A stretch of 63,669 nucleotides of DNA, the filler included, from Klebsormidium nitens (lineage: Eukaryota > Plantae > Klebsormidiophyceae), in NCBI GenBank assembly GCA_000708835.1. It is 6 parts of 6 records of this genome, joined end to end, with 100 filler letters (N's around TTAATTAATTAA, not from the genome) between each part and the next. Parts side by side here need not be neighbours in the genome. Positions count along the whole stretch, not along the records: positions 48,698 to 61,061 come from DF238117.1; positions 61,162 to 63,669 come from DF238678.1; 4 more parts are not named here. One strand, given 5' to 3'. The position numbers and the translations under genes were made by a program. How positions within the stretch are numbered: position 1 is the stretch's first letter; each line of letters begins with the position of its first letter. The notes under the pieces were generated by a model. It was not told the DNA's origin. It worked only from the letters and a program-made list of their open reading frames with translations, and did not search any database. This document shows positions 60,407 to 63,669 of the stretch, in pieces.

Positions 60407-63400
60407 GGGGCTCTCAGGTGAGCTTAGGGTTCTGTTGCAAACCTGTAACGGTTTGTGGCAATCGACTAGCGTTGTGTTAGGGTTAAGTAATTTCCCAGTG
60501 ACATTAGGGTTACTCACTGACAGTGACAACCGGGCAGAGTACTTTTGGTTTAGTGTATGTAGCCACTTCCTCTGACCCGGTGCCCATCTGTACCGGAGGC
60601 CGTACCGCAAACTGTACGGTAAATCTGACAACTCTGATCCGGAGTTCTGATCAAAGGACCTGGAGAGGGTTCACATTGGACTTTCGATCAACTTTTGCTT
60701 TGTTTTGAGATGTACCCAGATGACGTGTGGTGACGTTGTAGCAGCGAGAACTGAAGTTGGGTTCACATTGGGAAAACCGCTGTCGAATGCATCATCAGTT
60801 CCGGCGGAGACCACGTGCGATCACGTGGATGTACAGAATGGTACATAACCAACTTACAGCCTTTCGGGTCCGCCGGATCTGAGCCCTCAGATTCGCAAAG
60901 CGACCCAAAAGATGCATCCTGAGCCGTTCATTCTTTTAGAATTTCATTTTTCGATTTACCGGGCCGAAAAAGGAAAGATGGAACTTCGGACACCCTGCGG
61001 ACAGGAAGAAGATGACCAGGATGACTTGCTTCAGAGAGCAACATTTGGGAGCTATTTTGTGNNNNNNNNNNNNNNNNNNNNNNNNNNNNNNNNNNNNNNN
61101 NNNNNTTAATTAATTAANNNNNNNNNNNNNNNNNNNNNNNNNNNNNNNNNNNNNNNNNNNNAGACTCCTTGACTGAATATGGAGCCTCTTCGTGAGTCCT
61201 AACTAATCAGTCTTTGGGAGGGAAGGCAAGAAGACGCAATTTTTCTGAGAGGCGCTCTTGCTGAGGTGATCCCAAGGCGTGCTGAAAAGCTTCGCATGGT
61301 TTCCGCACATGTGAAGTAGACAGGCAGCGTGTAAACCCTGTCCAACCGTCACACCCTCACGAGCTACCTCAAAGGGGGTTCTCAGGCGTTTTTCACCTCA
61401 CGTCTATTAAGCGCCGCCGCCCATACGTCGCACCATTTACACCTGAAAATGTCAACACCAACAGTTGGCAAAGCAGCGAAGGCCTTCCGCCCATCTGCTT
61501 CCGCCGCCGCGGGTGCTTGATCCCCTCCGCGAGCGCGCGCGCGGCCGCCTCCTCGGTTCTCCGAGGAGAATCAATCCTCCTGCCCAGCTACTACTTGTAT
61601 TTGATTGTTCTTTACGTTTTGACTTGAATTGAAATTGGAGTATAACGTACTATAGGCCCCTGTTTCTCTGTGGCGTTGGCAAAGATCCCTGGGCAGCCCT
61701 CGAAGTCGCTCCTGGACCTCAACAGCCGTCGGTGGATTCCTTGCTTGAATCCATTTCTGCTGATGTATCTGGGTATATCGAAGTCATGTTTCGAAGTTCC
61801 TCAAATTAAGCAAGGTTCTTCACTGCCAAGATCTCACGTGAGTCCACTTCGTTCGCGTGACTAAAAGCCGGGGCGGTTGTTTTGCCAAAATGAATCTGAG
61901 TCTGGAAGGAACGATCTCTCTTAGATCCAGATTTGGGGCCAATCAGCGGGGCGAAGCCTACGCGAAGCTGAGTTACGCAGATTCTCTCCCCCAAAAATGC
62001 ACCACATTCATTGTTCTCGCTGGTACTATTCCGGTCGTTCTGAAAGCCGCGCCGCTAGACTAGGTTGCCTCTGATGTGCGCGTGTGCATGCGCCCCGGCT
62101 CGTTTGCCCATTACGAGCGAACGTGCGTCCGCACGAAAAAGCCAAGCCTTCTGCAAGACTAAGGCGGCCTGCTAGGTGCCAGCATTAAGCTGAGGAGCGG
62201 GCAGCTCTGAGCGCGTTGCCGTTGTCTGCTGAGGACTGCGGTAATTGCCACGTGGCCTTGATAGTTATGCCTGTAAGACGTCCGGGACGCCTTATCCCGG
62301 AACGTCCAACTACGGTCCGTGTCTCGCCCGGACGCACCCGCCGAGCCGGCCGCGCAAGCGGCCGCGGAACCGCGACCAAGTACCACGCTCCGAGTCGCGC
62401 GCGGTGCTTTGCGCGGGCGCGCGAGCGGTTCTAGAGCTCGCCGATAAACAAATCTGCCGCTGAAAATTGAAGACCTTCTCAAAAGCGCGCGCGCGGCTTG
62501 GCTAGTGGGTCGCGCGCCCAGCTCGGAAAGCGTAAGGTCTGTGCGAGCTTCTCATTCTGCATGTGTTGATTTTATATTCGTGATATTTAAAGTGAAGCGA
62601 GTGTACTTGAGCGGGCAAGGAGGATACAACCGGTGACATGTAGTGGGGGCGTCCCATCTATCCCTACCGCTCCGCTTGCGCACGGTCCGAAGCCGCATTA
62701 GATACACTGCGCATGACTTTCTTTCCTTGGTTTCGCTTCGTTTCGTCATCTCAAGCGATAAAGTGTCTTCCCAGCTTCTAGTGTACGTTTGTTTAACCAT
62801 AATAAAGGTAGGCGTGTGTGCGGATCGAGCATACGAGTTTGTCGGAACCCTAAGTCAAATCCGGTAAATGTTTAGGCTCGAGCGGCAGCTTGTGATTTGA
62901 AGGCACAGATGATTGCCTACACGTTAACGTTGGAGTGCAGGGATGCCTCTCTATGGCCACAATTAATAACTGGAAGGGTTGAAGAAAGCCTGGGGCTTTT
63001 ATAGTGAAGACTTGGGTCATCGTGGCCAAACTTTTACTGAAGCAAGATGCGTTCGACAACGGCCTTAAAGCCGTGAAGCATCAAAGTTTCGGTTGTCCGC
63101 ATACCTACACGCTCGTTAGGCAATATGATCTCGCACTACTTGCTTCAGTTGCGCTAGCCTGAGGTCGTTATTGGGCGCTCCAACGGAGCGGCCGGCCGAA
63201 AAAAGCCTTTGAATATTTGTTTTAGAACCAAAATGTTGAAGACCTTATGTCGAAGATTGAGATCACTCGTAATTGGAGATCGATTATGAGATTCTGATCA
63301 GCATTGATCCAGTATGGTTGCTCCTCGGTGAGCCTCTGGTGCCGCTCTGAGGTGGATATGGAAGGTTTAAGGTCCTTTTGAGGGAGCCGTCGAGTTACCG

Positions 63401-63669
63401 AGAAGACGTGGCAATGAGGGTAAGAAAGAGAAGCGGACGCTTTGCGGTGACGTCTTTAATGTCGTCGTCACCTGGTGTGTTCTCCTTCCGAAGCCAATGA
63501 CCCATGTGCTTGATCAACCACTCCGGTTCGGAGCTCGGTACCTTGAATTCTGAATACCTTCATAGCAGTGTAAGCGTATATGTCCTGCACCAGTTGGAAA
63601 AGAAAGAAACTGTTTGAAGTGTGACATGTTCGCTTAAGAAAGGCCCCAGCTTTAAAGGTTCTCATGGCA

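Noticed and set aside
1-63669. rRNA, tRNA or other structured RNA genes; capsid, PolB or reverse transcriptase genes
   Set aside because: None recognised by eye. A full endogenous virus or retroelement cannot be claimed from this window, although gaps could hide genes.

Overview
Eukaryotic draft-assembly window with many N gaps and GT-AG introns. The one clear host gene is plant-like, so the source is probably a streptophyte green alga such as Klebsormidium (inference). From left to right: (1) a partial, nonsense-interrupted KDZ/Zisupton-type transposase on the minus strand. (2) Divergent from it, an intron-containing gene fusing a PrimPol/NCLDV-herpes-type AEP primase and its Zn-binding domain to a herpes UL9-like SF2 origin-binding helicase, followed by a stand-alone HIRAN gene and two orphan ORFs. 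(3) A multi-exon orphan gene with an EsV-1-7-like Cys/His motif. (4) An apparently intact six-exon Crinkler-like gene (header, P-loop ATPase, PD-(D/E)xK nuclease). (5) A decayed block and two intronless acidic paralogues. (6) A TEX2/Nvj2-like TM-PH-SMP host gene. (7) A 413-bp MITE abutting a 9,029-bp TIR element, both flanked by CTGACAG inside a (GACAGT)n tract. The large element encodes a multi-exon F-box-like, Sola-type DDD transposase, Ulp1 protease and HMG-box protein. Two families of palindromic tandem minisatellites fill introns. The best candidates for undescribed systems are the KDZ + primase-UL9 + HIRAN cluster (possible self-synthesising transposon or viral relic) and the microsatellite-targeting Sola-like element with ubiquitin/SUMO accessory domains. 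All domain calls are from reading motifs by eye; no searches were run.
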